In this document: positions 37,936 through 52,410 of the stretch, piece by piece
Position numbering within the stretch: the first letter of the stretch is position 1
Layout: each line of letters opens with the position of its first letter
Assembly: GCA_040954595.2 (NCBI GenBank)
Contig: CM082585.2
Coordinates: 12,342,127 to 12,406,126 of the forward strand
Length of the DNA stretch: 64,000 bases
DNA from: Balanoglossus misakiensis
Lineage: Eukaryota > Animalia > Hemichordata
Direction: 5' to 3'
The notes under the pieces: generated by a model
The model's database searches: none
What the model saw: the letters and a program-made list of their open reading frames with translations, nothing else
What the model was told of the DNA's origin: nothing
Translations under genes and position numbers: made by a program

Positions 37936-39566
37936 TTTGATTTTGAAAGACAGCTCGGTCGAACTCGACAACAATCGATAACTTTCGGAACCTTCCTCGA
38001 CCGTTATCAAAAAAGGAAGAAACTCATAGATTTTAAAATTGATACTTTTATTGTGACATGATAACATATCTGTATAGTAATTTATTGAACACACACTAAT
38101 ATGGAAATATGAGAACATCTTGCAAAAAAATGCAAGACATACTCGAATTCACTTTTGTGATTTATATGCCTTGACGGAGGTGGAAATGCCCGCCATTTTT
38201 GAACTACAAGTCGCTGCTGTCGCTTCATATATAAATGCGTATACAATAAAAGCGCTGTGTTTCCGCCGAATGTCCTTGAACACTTGACCCCGGACTTATG
38301 TGTGAGGTCCGGAATTCTATTCCGTAAAGATGCAGTTTCCTCTCGTGAGTTCAAAGGTCGCCGTTCGCTGTGGACTGACAAAAGAGGGGTCGCGAGGTCG
38401 TCTAAGGTCAACGACCTTCTCGTTTGTTACTACATGTATTATGTCGGTGTTAATATTCGATACCTACACGGCATGTGTTGCCATGTCGACTTGTCAGACA
38501 AATTTGTGTCTAAATACATCAACGAATGCCGGGTATGTTTTCTAGGATTTAAGATTTAATTACCAAGTTTTACACAAACACTCCGCCGCTTTGTTTGATT
38601 AAAGAGTGGTATTATCCTTGAGTATTATTATAGTTTTAGGTTTATATTTCACTTGAATAGATTTTTCATCAGAAAAATAGACCAAAAATGACATGACTCT
38701 GCCATTCACTGCATTGGGACTTTGTTTTTCCGTTGTTATAGCCTATCTTATCTTGGAAAAATGTCTAAAGAAAAACAGAGACAAAGTTGACGAGGATAAC
38801 TGACATTTCAAAGGGTCAGGAAAGCTGGTCCAGAACATAAATTTTGACAATAACAGAAGTTAAGAGACACACACACACTGACTAGATAAAACGTCACACT
38901 ACCAGTACTGCATACTTTCAGAGTAAGAAAGGTGAAATTCAAAATATAATGATTGAAACCTTTAGACTTTTCCAACTTGCATTATATTTACACAACTAAG
39001 ATAAACCTGAAGTTTCATACAAATGTTTACAGCTTAAAAAATATAAATGTAGTCTCGTTTTGAAAGTAGCTTGTGTCTTGTTGAGCATCCAGTCCTTCGA
39101 GTAAAATTGAAGCATGGTTACAAAAATGAAATTTATGCTGTGTAGAATTATGCAGCTACAAATATGTTTTGCATTTAAAAAGAAATGTATATCTTACATT
39201 TTGTTGATGTTCAGATCCTTCCTGGAAGTTTTGCTGTCATTTGAACTTGCTGAATAAATAATCTTTTCAGGCAAAAAACTGATCCTTTACTGAATCCAAG
39301 CACAAGTCCACTTGGTTTGTTATGGCCAACACTCATTTGAACAACCAACACCTGGCATTTTACAAACTGTTCAATTGAGAACACAACATTTAAAGTAACA
39401 TGATAAACAGATAAATAACACTGTATACTGATTGTAGACTTGTTACCACACATAGGCTACTTAGATTAGCATTCCAAGTGGGTAACCAATACACATACAA
39501 TACATGTACTAGGTCTGTCAATCATTTTTGGATTTTAAACAGCATCATGACGTCAAAAACTGCAAC

Positions 39567-42500
39567 CTATTTCTTAGATGTTCTTCCTGATGGTCTGTCC
39601 TTTTCATTCTGATATTCTGCTTCTATTTTGGTGTTGATTTTTTCCCAGTTAACTTCCACCTGCAAATAAAAGTAAAGCATATTTTACCTTGTTCATTTTT
39701 TTATATATGATTACTTTTTGCAAACAGTCTGGACAACCAGGTTCAGAATAAACAGCACTTTCACTTACCCCTTCTGCATACTGCAGAAATTTTTTGTTTG
39801 TCTCTTTTTTATCAAAGTCATCTAGGAATTTCTGTCTGTAGGCAAGTACTGTGTCCACATGCGTCTTGTGTTTGACTGCCAGGTCTAATGCTCTGAGTAT
39901 TAGAACAAATCATGACTAAAATGTTAGAGGCCATCATAATGAAGCTTGGATGATAACTGCCAAGCACAACAATACATAGGAATAATGTGACTTTATTTTT
40001 CAAAATTTCACATGGTCAGTGAAACATGAAACCAATGGAAATAATATTCATGTTCTACATCCCTTAGCATGGAAAACATATGTTGTAATCAAAACGTCTT
40101 TACAAATACAAGTGTACAGAATATTGCCATGAAAAGAGACTCACCTGTCCCAGTTATATAGCTCAATATTCATCATAATTGCTCTGAAAATGAGACCGCC
40201 TTGTAGCAGTATACCCTCAGCATCTTGGGAGTTTCCACAGAAGAGTGCCATCTCCGCTTTGCGAGCTTCTTTGGATGGAATATCTTTGATGTGCATAATA
40301 AACTCAACCTTGTCAGCCTGGGTAAAAGGTCAACATATTAGTATACTTATTGATATAATAATTTTCTTATGATAAAACTGTTCTGTTTCTTTATATGTAC
40401 AAACAAATCCATTCATATGTCTGAGCTCAAGTATTCATTCAAGATGTGCAGATCAACCCAGCAGTTTTAATGACAGCATCTGAATGGTTAACTTTGCTGT
40501 GAGGAATAACCCAGTAAAATTATTATGGCTTACCTCATCAATGGCTGCATAAGCAACTTCTGCAGTATTCAGTTCTTTAGCATAGGCTGCCATTGTGGCC
40601 AGACAAGCCCATAATGTGTTGTCCTGAAAAATAATGGTAATGTAAATATTTGTATAATGATAACGATACTGATGAAAGATTGATCATGATACTTTGTTTT
40701 TATATTATAACCATACAGAAATGTTATTGTGGTTTCTGAAACAGGTTGTCAGGACAGACCATTTCGTGTCTAAAACGTTGATATCAATATACCTACCTTG
40801 ACAAATCTACAAAGTCTTATAGCATCTTCCCACCGATTATTTATGGTCAGTTCCTGTAACATTGCTGGATATGGAGTAGTTCCTGTACCCACAAGTGAAC
40901 CATCAGCTCTACGGATTATTATGTGGTTACCAAGGAAACTAACCAGATAGGGATTTTTACCAAATTCGCTGCAAAAGAGAAATTACGTGAAATCATTGAG
41001 AATGTGTTTCAATCCTGATCTGACTGAACATGTAGACAAATACCAAAATGGGCAAGACCAACTTTCTGTGGTCACACAATTCATACCTCGCATCTTTCTC
41101 AAACATGGTCTTTGAAAGTAGATCTTTGTCCACATAGATTGCATTTGGGTAATACCAGATAGCCAACTTGTTTTCCTGTAAGGCTGCTAAAATGTTACCG
41201 GTGTCATTCCAACTGAGACTGCTGATCATTGTACCTGCAAGCAGAGTGGATTATTGGGTAAGTGAGAAAATATGGCCATGGGTGGGTTGTGTGTGGCAAT
41301 GGCATATTTTGTGAATAATCCTTAATCTATACCCCTTCCATCATTGAATACGCATTTTAATTTCTAGAAAGAAAATAATAAATAACCTAGTTTGATGATC
41401 TGTTGTGATTTTCCCACTGTCCTCACAGATGTCAAGTACAGATCTCGGTTTTTATCCACGATGGCAAGTCGTCTTTCAGCCACAGGTCCACACTGATCCA
41501 ATGCTATCTCCATCACATCAAACTGAACATCAATAAACCAAACAGATCATCATTTTTTAAATAACAGTATTGTCAAATGGAATATTCTCATATGTTCTGT
41601 TCTCACTAGAACAACCAAAACCACTCTATGTGAAACAATGAGGTTGTATGAAGGAGTTGTCAGGCTAGTCAACAGGGATAGGCCCTAAAGTGTTCAATCC
41701 TTCTGTTTGTCATATCACATCATCATAAGAGAATTCTCGGCAGGGCCTGGGCTATGCTGATTAAAAGTAAACCAGACAAGGACACATGAGTTTCAAACCA
41801 AGTGACTGACCTTGTGTGCAATAGGTTTACCATCACCCAATGGTTTACCATTGGATGAATCAAACACATGGACTAACTTCTCATCTGATTTATCACGGAT
41901 GGCAACAGTATCATTACTGAGTGACAGTGAGTGGGAATTTAGTATGTCAGTCCTCATACTAGCGAACTTGGGAGACGACAAAAGACGACCCTGTCAAAGG
42001 AAATGAGATAAGTAGAATTTCAGTGTGCAAATCAAATGCACTAGTTACAATTCTTTTCTTGCAGCTATTTATTGTTACAATGACAGTTATTACATGTAAG
42101 TACTGCTGTGTCTTTGACTAATGAAAGTTATCTTCAGATATTTTTACAACAGAGTTGGGTGAAGAGATACAAAAAAATATATCTATATTTGCATTTCAAC
42201 CTACCTCGTAAGAATAGATATGAACACCTGCATTGTCAACCAATGCAAAATGTCTGAAATAAATACATACATATCACTTTTAGTAGATCGATTGTTATCA
42301 GATACAAAAAGTTCATATACTGTATATCCATGAAACACAACTTCAGAATGTCCAAATTCTTTCATTTACATTGCCCAGTGATTCCAACCACAAAATTATA
42401 AACAATGCCATTGAACCAAAATCTGGTGATGTAAAGTTCTACACCCTGCAAAATATATTGATGTTGCACATACGAAATACTTCTGATCAATTAGTATTCT

Positions 42501-44949
42501 GTATGTGTCTGCATTTTGTATTTGTGTATGCCTGTTTACATCAGTGTGTGCATTATGGATGTTACTTACTTTTCAGCTAATACAAGTAAAGTGACTGTGC
42601 CTTCTTTCAAATCAAATATCATGGGAGTGTTCCAACTTTTTGTGCTTCAACAAAATCAAAAATAAGATAGTGATTTAAAGCATACATGTAGTTAAAAAAA
42701 AAGCAATCATATCATCATAAGTTTCACTCAACAAGCATTTAATCTGTGCTCTTCCACGGGCATTCACAACACTTATAATGAACATTGGTAACATTATGTC
42801 CATTGAAAACTGTTCACAAAATTTACCTGTAGATGTAACACTGTGATGAGGTTGCCACTACCAAGTGTTCCCAGCCAAGAGCTGCTTTAATGATCCGATC
42901 CCGGAATTCCAGCTTCTCTTTGGCATCATTCAATACCTCCCGTACCTGTATAGTTTTCCGGGATGCCACAACTACTTCATAGTTCTTCCATTCTATTCTC
43001 CTGGAATTGAAAATAACAAAATGGCAAATGATCATGCAGCTTCATGTTCTCAATAAATGGATCCTTCTAACTATTAGGCAAAATTATAGTAATAACATTC
43101 ATTTAACTGGCAAATTTTTGAACTTAAGTCTCAGAAATCTTGTTATGGGACACACTTGCTCTAATGCATGTGTAGCAATCTCAACCCAATAACAATCTCA
43201 TGTTTATAGCAATAGAATGACCCACCTTTCAATGACATTTGCAAATATAACATTTCCATTACCACAGGCTCCAGCTACTTGTGTTCCATCACTACTCCAT
43301 GACAAATTAAATAAGCTACCTGTGTTTGGTTTCTCCAGTGCATGTGACCACTGTGAATCAATTATACATCCCAAGTCACTTACATTGTTCATTTCAGAGC
43401 TTCTTGATAAGCATATAAACCCTGACTACTATATCCCAGACGAAATGGGTACACTGTAAAATTTTCTGAACTAACTGCATGCTTTTTTAGCAAAGCTGGA
43501 TTCTCTATTTGATAATAATTTGATCTAAACTTGTTATCATTAACTTTGATTCATACAATATTTCATTCAACACTTACCCCAGATTTGTCACATAATCTAA
43601 GTGTATTAAATGATCCCACAGCAAACAGTTCACCATCTGGAGCCCATGAAACAGACATGATTGGATAGTCATGTGACCCTGAACTATACAGCTGTCTGCC
43701 ATAACTATCCCAAACTTTATATCTACAGTCTTCACCACCTGAAAGGATTAAGTTATTCACTGGATTCCAATCTACCTTCAAGATAACTCCATCATGGGCT
43801 TTCCACTGAAATGAAAAATGGAACAATGTAGTTTCTAATTAAAGTAAACCAACTCTGAGACAAGTGAAACTGTTCTTGTTGTTTTATATGTATATGGCAA
43901 GTTCAGATCTTACCTGTAGGGGCTTAGCATTTGCTTGTAAAGATTTGATGATTAGTTGTTTGCTATTTGTGAAAAGAACTTGATCGGAGTCTGGTCCCCA
44001 AGATACAGAATACACTGGTGTGGCTATCAAAAACAAGAAAGGTTTCTGGTGAGTTACTGCACGGCTACTCATGTAGAAATTATAACAAAAACTATTTGTA
44101 AATTACACAAAGTTAAACTTTATAATGTACTCTCAGCAGACCAACTATGAGTTACATGCCAAAATACATACTGGTCTGAGCAAGTGTTGATCGTAACATG
44201 CCGCCACGAGACCAAATTTTCACTTGGCCATCTTCCCCCGCTGTTACCATGGCAGTTCCATCATAACTCCATCGTCCTGACAACACAGCGCCTTTATGGG
44301 CCTCTACACTTTTCTCCACACGACCAGATCTTGATATCAGGTGAAACTTTCCTGGAAATTTAGAAGGAATAGAACAAACTTAGTCTCTTAAGGTGAAAAA
44401 CCTGGATTTATCGAAGTCTACACGTTTAGACCAAAGTTATAATATAAATATATAAATTATTACCCAAATTTGGTCAGATACTTACCGTCTGTTGATGTTA
44501 GCACAAAAACATCTGCCTGAGCCTGTTTACCCTTGGACCCAACAGCTTTGGGGAAATTATGGATATCTGTTGCATACACATCATTAGGAAGTTTGGCCAG
44601 CTGTTTGGTTTCATCTGACACTAAATTCCATTTCAGGATTTGATGATCATCACCACACGAGTAGAGTTCATCTGCTCTGGTCCATGCAACACAACTGACA
44701 AGTTCAGTATGTGTTTATCAATTAAGGACAAATAAAGTTTTTAGAGATTTAAAAATTATATAAGTGTAGTTGAAAAAGGGGATCACCTCTCTTGAACAGT
44801 GAGAAACGTTTTATTCTCCATCGTCTCTAATTATAATGATGCACCACCTCCAACAATTCCAGATGCTAATACAAGTTACAGAACTGTACAAAACAACCAT
44901 CGTAAAGGATATGTTTTGGTTCTTTATCCAACGTCGTCTTGAACCTCAT
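39567..44949 (-). CDS. IFT80: Intraflagellar transport protein 80 (WD40 repeats), multi-exon
   Basis: [22 protein letters not shown]; [37 protein letters not shown]; [12 protein letters not shown]; LEFRDRIIK; WYYPN; [11 protein letters not shown]. Last exon [15 protein letters not shown]. Confidence 0.95.
44711..44912 (-). other. U12-type (minor spliceosome) AT-AC intron, IFT80 intron 1
   Basis: Donor |ATATCCTTT at 44912, branch site TCCTTAAT at 44728-44721, acceptor AC| at 44711. Splicing restores [11 protein letters not shown]. Confidence 0.92.
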
Positions 44950-45500
44950 GTTGGAAAAGACTGGAAACTGTCACTCTAGTGCCCGACCTGCCAACACGTC
45001 TGGCAACGTGACCTTTGGCGACGATTATAAGAAATGCACAGATGAAATGCACCTTGTTCGAGTCTCCCCAGCAAAGTATCGTCCTGCTCTCGACAGCTTC
45101 AAACGTAACTTCGAGGAATTTCATTCAATCTCGCCAAATACCAAATTCTCGCGAGAACATCTTGATACCCTAACATTAATATAAATTACTGTGACCTCAA
45201 ATGACCTCAGAGTGATAAACACCAAAACTGTGGGTTAAAAAGGTAAAGTCGTGAGGTAAACTCGTTATTTGCCTGGTTTATTATCTTGATTTGTCACACA
45301 GAATACGATACTACAAAGTCGCGTGGAATATGCGCACATGAAACTCGCAAAAAAACCGCTCCGAAAAACATAGATGATATTTCCACAAAGTTAGAGGGTT
45401 TTATCGTAGCCTAGCAAACGACTTTGCATTGTGGGTAAACAGTCGCCATTTTTAATACATACAAGCAAAACATTTAACTACTGACAGGTCTTCATCGGTA
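44950..45500. promoter_or_regulatory. CpG-rich divergent promoter between IFT80 and the CXorf58 homologue
   Basis: Head-to-head genes. TCTCGCGAGA 45147-45156, X-box-like GTAGCCTAGCAAAC 45406-45419, GCATTGTGGGTAA 45426-45438, CGCCATTTT at 45444. Confidence 0.6.
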
Positions 45501-45766
45501 TTCGCAGTTAATGTTAGAATCAACGCCCCCCGAAAAGGTTACCGAGATGGCGTTTTGGTTGTGACTGAGTCAAATTTTCGGTCGTCACGCATCAGGTAGT
45601 TGTAATGACACCCGTGCACCCTCAGTACACACTCACAGCACACTGACGCTGGTGACAGTGTTACTGTACTACAACTTTACACAGTCTACAAGGTAGTACC
45701 ACGAGAGACTGGGTGAAGACGAAAATCTGCTTGAGCAGTCGTTTAAGAAAGGCAAAATAGCTAAAT

Positions 45767-48260
45767 ATGTCTGTGCATGCAAGCCAGAGCAGCAAGTCAA
45801 CTATCAATGTTAAAGTTCCAAGTGAGCATGCCATCCAACCTGTTAGACCGCCACTTTTCGACCTGCCACAGCCAGGAAGTCTTAGTGAAAAAGAGTAAGT
45901 ATCCCAGGAAGACAAGAAAATGTTGTGATGGAGTGACTTCAATTTTTGGTACCAACCCTGGCAATAACGTGCCTTTTTTCTTTTTCTTTTTTTCAGTGTC
46001 AGTCAAATCCTTGCAGTTCGTATAATTGAAAGGACATGGTGCTCATACCGGGACAGACAAATGTTTCGTCTGTTAAAGCATGCAATTTGTGCTGCTGTAA
46101 GTTGGAAATATTGATGCTACTTATATAATATGCAAATCTGACTAAATGGAGTGTCTACCCAGCCATCTCTTTATATGTACATGTATTTTGATCATAGCTC
46201 TTTTATTACCCAATTGGTTTGCCACCTGTACATATCTTATACATGTCTCTTTTTATCTGCAGGAACATTCACTCTCACATGAAATCCTCAGAAAAGTGTC
46301 TCCAATAGAAGCACAGTTGCTTAAGGATCCCAGTATTAGCGTTAGGATACGATTTAGGTGAGTCACAGTCACTTTTACTAAGTGCTTGTAGGAAGTATGG
46401 TACATAATGTTGGAATTCAACTATTATGTCATTTACTTCCTAATACATGTACATGTATCACTATCTGTCATGTTTACTGTACATTCCACCCTATATTAAC
46501 CTTTCTGATTTTATATTAACTATCGGTCCTATTACTATTGTTTTTCTTTCTAGATTTGGTGGAAGTGAGTTTCCACCATTTATTTTATTCAAAATTTATA
46601 TCCATACTGGTGGACATGGTGTGAAATATATGAGTGGAAAGAAGTGGATAAAGCCAGCATCAGAGGTAATTCATGCTGTATCAATGTCTTTATCAGAATA
46701 CTGGCTTAAAGGCTTTAACATAAAACTTAAAGGGGAATGTTGTCCAACCTGCCAACCAACATTGCTTCAAAAAACAAGTAGTTGTGATGTGTTATTTCAA
46801 TAGCAAAACAGGAAAACATTGCATGCACAGGCAGTGTACATGTATAACTGTGTGTATTTTTGCTATCATCTACATACATTTCAACATCAAATTAATTGTA
46901 GAAATTTTCATTGATATTATTAATGGAATGAATGAATGAACAAACTTTGTTGGTGTTTCAGGCAACAGGAGATGCGTGCAAACTGATGGGAAATAGGAAC
47001 TTTTACGATCAGATGATCACAGACACCTGTCAGTATGAAGCTAAGAAAATCACAGATGAAGTTGATGTCACTACGATGAAAGATTATATGCAGGTAAAAT
47101 AAAGTATTCAAACTTTTATTGAACATGTGAAAATCATATATATTTTTGGAAAGCATGTAACTGGACAATAGCACTAATATTGAAGAGAGATTTTTAGTGC
47201 AATTTCAACATTTTTGTTTTGTTTCATTTTGTGTGGTCAGTATCTTAGTCATTTAGATGAAACGCCAGCCATGCAAGGTGGAAAAGAAAACAAATGGAGG
47301 AGACTAGACCTAACAGGTGAGTCTAATAAACAGATTTATTTCATACCAGCTATTGTGAGATTCAAAATTATTTGTGCTTCATCATTGTGATCAGCACATT
47401 CAATGAATGGTTTTAATGGTTACTTGGCCAACAGGGGGGGGGCGTATTTTTATTTCACACTTCTAAAATTCTCTTTGTTTTTTAAAGATTTACCTAGAAC
47501 AACAATTCTTTATGATATCATGGACTACGTCAAATTTGGTGGTTCTCCATCTGAGCGACTCCGAGATGAAATCCCAATTCTAGTGGCAAGGCCAATAACA
47601 CAAGAAATGCAGCTTGCTCATATCAGAGCAGTATCACAAATCAGGTACTTGTCTTGCACTTTATTGGAATGCTGAACATTGTTGTTTTATTTGGTAAACC
47701 TGGACCTCTGACCTGTAGAGGGAACTGGGAGTGAAAGGGTTCAATATTATCAATATCTTTTTCACAGGACACCCCCAACACCCCCAGCACCCACACCAAA
47801 GTCGAGGGCAGCAAGCAGGCAGAGTAACATGGGTCATACAGCAAGGCGTTCAAGACAAGCCAAACAGCGTGCAGATAAAATGAGACGCACCTATACTACA
47901 CCAATGAACACCAGTAGACTAGTATGTACAGTATTTTCTGATTCTTCTAAATCCTCTAATCTACTCTCCATGTATTCAAAATGGAATTATTGAGTTGTGC
48001 TCAGGTTAAGGTAGTTTATACCTCAAAAGCCAAAGTTAGTGGTCATGAACCTCACAAGGTACTTAAATACTTTTTTTTGTACACAGGCTGACGGGGATAT
48101 ACAGAAGTCCTACCGCAGAGAAAATACTATGCCAGGAAGGGCGCTAAAAGATGAAATACCAGAAGATGATGGTGATGATTGGGAAAAGGAAGCAGACAAG
48201 CTTTATACATGGACACAAGGCTTATCGATGGATGACCTTGGCCTTTACTCACCATGTTGA
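45767..48260 (+). CDS. CXorf58: Uncharacterised protein, CXorf58 homologue
   Basis: Exons encode MFRLLKHAICAA, HEILRKVSPIEAQLLKDP..IRFR, FPPFILFKIYIHTGGHG, DACKLMG and LPRTTILYDI, matching my recollection of CXorf58. The ATG-45767 exon joins in phase (GA|T). TGA ends at 48260. Confidence 0.8.
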
Positions 48261-49959
48261 AATAAACATTGATTTGTCAGTGTTTATAGGTGATGGCCTT
48301 ATCTGTGATATTGGGCAGATATGTTTCTGTGCCAGTGAGAATGACAGCTCATTGAGTATCCATGGATATTTTGACTCAGAAACCAATTAATCTGTGGTAC
48401 TGTGATCAAAGTGAAAGATCAGAGATGGCAAGGGAGTGTGATTGCAAATTTACCGAAGATATTCAAACAGCCATCAGCTATAATAGTCATTTTTGTACAT
48501 CCCAGTGTCTTAACAATGACCCTTCCATATCAGTTGCCCAGATGTCATTCAAGGCAATATATATGATCTAGCTCTGCAGCATGTCAATGTCAGACAACAC
48601 ATGTTTACAAGTGGATCCTCAAGACCATGGACAACCAGTGCTAACATGACACAAAATAGTTCTATTGGTCAGAAAATAGCCTTAAACATATATCTTATTA
48701 ATCACAGCAATGTTCACTTTTTCTTTAAAACATACAGAATATATGTGTATATTTTTGCAACACTTTGGATGGTTGTTTAATATGGTGCCTACACCAACAG
48801 GCCATGCTTATTCTGTCACTTTCAAACCCTCATTTTTCTGGACATGGGGCCATGGCACACGCCAACCATGAACTGCAAACAAATTATCCTGGCAAAAAGA
48901 TTAATAATTGCATTAGTTTTGTGGTGTTCAGGTACATGCATATGTAGATTCAACAGTCAGCTAGACTACATGTATTTAGAACCACTTGAATAAAGAGAGT
49001 TGGTGGTTACACTATTTTATGGTGATGACTTTCTTTTAATTTCTTTTTCCTTGTTATTTCATATGTAAAGAAATAACTGTTTCTACAAGAAATATATATA
49101 GCTGCTCTATCTTTTATGTGAATACTGAATATTATTATCGTTCCCATCTGGATTCGAACGATAATGTTGATCTAAATGTTACCATACTTGCACATTTGGT
49201 TTGCCAAGTTGTTCCTTATCTTACTTCAGTTTCGGCGCCCAGTTGCTGATGTTGCGGTAAATTCAAAGAGGTTATATCGAGATTGATAACAATACTAACA
49301 GTGGGGTATTACGGGTGTCGTAAGAGGATCGTCTTACACTTTAAACAAACTGGCGAAGCATCCTACCGGGTAAGAAACCATTAATCCTGTTTGTGTTTGC
49401 CGCAAAGCATATAAACTGTACAACAACTGTAGCAAAGTTGGAATCAACTTCACAAACCAATTACACAAGTGTGATAACATTTAGATCAACATGAACGTTC
49501 GAAGCCTGATGTAAGCAAGCAACCCTAAGGAAATGAAACAAAGAATTTGTAATCATAGAAAACACACAAAATCTACACCATGTTGCATTAGTTCCTACTA
49601 TGTGCGCTGAAAATCCCAAAATTTCAGAATTTTCATATGAGAAACACATCCACAGCCCCAAGTGTAGTTACTAAAAGGCAGTCTGTACAAGTAGGTATGA
49701 TGTTTGTCTTTAATTAATAAAAGGTGATGATGTGTGTATTATAACAACTTTGCATTGCTTGCTTTTTTCTATGACACGTCGATTCAGGCTCACTGACGTC
49801 ATACTCATAGGTCAGCTTTTGGTCATGTTTTCACGTACACGTGTACGTGTTGCACGGATCAGCTGTGCTTCGTCACCACATATGGAGTGGTTTAGTCCAA
49901 TATGGCCGCTGTGTGGTGATATATAGTGCAATATTTTGAGCATCGCATCGATCTGTAAA

Positions 49960-51580
49960 ATGACTCTGGCAGCATTATTTACTCGATATGTTCGACAACT
50001 GTGTCTCAAATATGAGACATGGTTAGTCATCATATTATTTTTTGTCGTCTACAGCTACATATTCCATACAGACCTTTTCAGATCGGTGATTCGCGGCGCA
50101 CAGAGGCAACTGTCAACCGGCGGCGATAATGATGATATTCTGGATTCATCACAAACAGATATCGGAATCAAACAACCAAGCCACTGGGAGTTACGGCAAG
50201 AAAACGTTGCCGTTTATGCTATACAGGGGAAAAGGCCCCGAATGGAGGATCGTTATGCAGTTGTACACGACGCAGAAACGGGACTTTCCATGTTCGGAAT
50301 TTTTGATGGCCACGGTGGGCAGGTACACAATAATACATGTACACTGCAATACTCCCAAAAAAGTAATATTTTGAGTCTTCCGCCAGCTGTGGACAAACAA
50401 TATGATCCTGGCAGGTTGTTTTTTCCCTAATGGTTTATTGTTATGTCAAGTATTTGATAAAACTTTCGTTTGACTCCTTGAAGCAAATTGAGGGACTGTG
50501 CTTCAACCAAACAAGTTCATTTCACAGGTTGTTAATTACAAGCACAACTAAGGTTCTTCCCAAGTTTTTTTATTGGAAAACATGAGTATTTAATAATTCG
50601 CATAAAAATATCAAATTTGTGTTTAGTTTGCTGCAGAGTTCACCGAAAAAATTCTGGCCAAGTCAGTGTTAGCCAGAGAGCTGGAAAATGCTATGAATGG
50701 TGCCAACAACAACCACTCACAAATACTGACTGAAGAAATACTCTCTACTGATGAAAAACTAATCAGTGTTGCCAAGTCCAGTAATGATGTCGCAGGTGAG
50801 AGACTATTTTATGAACAGTTTACACAAGTTTCAGATTGTTTTGTTAAAATGACCGTCAGTTATGTTGTCATGAATCTTGCAAACTACCTTTAATACAGGC
50901 TTATTTACGGTTGAAATCTTTTTTTTTTAGATTTCAGACAGGTTGCGATGTAATGTAATCTGCCAGGGAGAATTCTGGTTGTGTGTGTGCAAATTAAATA
51001 AAATTGCTCTTGCCAAGTTTACTTTTGTCAAAATGAAATCTTTTTTCACTTTGAATATTATACAGGAACCACATGTCTGTTTGCTATATTGGATGAAGAG
51101 CAGAAAGAACTTATTGTGGCAAATGTTGGTGACTCAAGGGGAGTTCTGTGTGACCGTACTGGAAAAGCTGTCCCACTATCATATGACCATAAACCTAATC
51201 AACTTCGAGAAAGAAAGAGAATCAAGAAAGCAGGAGGATTCATCAGTTATAATGGTGTTTGGAGAGTAGCAGGCGTTCTTGCAACGTCACGGGCACTTGG
51301 TGACTACCCATTAAAGGATAAGAAACTTTTAATAGCCAATCCAGATATTTTGACATTTGAACTTGATGAAATGAAACCTCAGTTTCTGATTCTGGCAACT
51401 GATGGATTGTGGGATGCATTCAGTAATGAGGAAGCAGTGATGTTCATCAAAGAGAGGCTTGATGAGCCTCACTTTGGTGCTAAAAGCTTGGTGCTGCAAG
51501 CGTATTACCGAGGGTCGCCGGACAATATTACTGTCATGGTGGTGAACTTCAAAAACAAAGAAACCAAGAAGTCACAATGA
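49960..51580 (+). CDS. PPM1L: Protein phosphatase 1L (PP2C-epsilon) with N-terminal membrane anchor
   Basis: Three exons (49960-50322, ~50627-50795, ~51066-51580). MTLAALF..YIFHTD anchor, RPRMEDR, GIFDGHGG, VANVGDSRG, LATSRALGDYPLK, LATDGLWD, DNITVMVV. Confidence 0.93.
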
Positions 51581-52410
51581 TAATTATGAAATATAGTATC
51601 TGTCTTGATATTTACTTAAAAATTGCCGAGTGGCTGTTTTGTGCTTAAAGTTCTCCTACTTACACACCCTTTACTCTGTGAATACGTCCTACAAACCCAT
51701 TGAAAAAAATGATCCAAAACACAGGGTTGGAAAGCATTGTGAAAGTTTTCCCATCATGATTTTAAATAGTAGTGTAAAATGAAATGATATATTTCTAATC
51801 ATTTCTTAGGGTCTCTCTTCCTAGAATTTGTCAAAATTAACATTTTATCAATTTTTTCTTGGACCTTGTAATTAGCTTACCTTGTATGATAATGATTATT
51901 TGACCTGATTTGATGGTGTCTTTCTATATTGATGTGTACATGCTATTGGCCATTTCCAGAATTGAAAATTTCCAATTCAAGTGATTTTATTTAAGGGCAC
52001 AATAAGCAAAGAGATTTTATATAGTTTTTAATATATTTATAAAGCATTCACGACAAGTTGGTCTCTAAGTGTTGTTTGCGAATATCATTTGTGTGTATTT
52101 TATTTTTATCAGAAGAAGTGCCAACTAGTAAATAAAAGTTATTTTGTTTTCCCTCAAAAATATGTTGTGCAATATAATGATTGAATGTTCATTACGAAAA
52201 TAGTATGAGGCTAACTTCCCTTCTTCTTCACCACCTTCACTACCCAGTTCTATGCAAAGTGTGTACTAGCAATATTCACTTCAAGTTGTCATTGAAAATT
52301 ACCGTATCCCTGTTTGCTAGAATACCAAATTCCAGCCTTTTGTGTTTTCAAGTGAAAATATAAGTTGAGCTCAAGAGTATCTTGAAACATCTGTTTATGC
52401 AACAGTCTCC

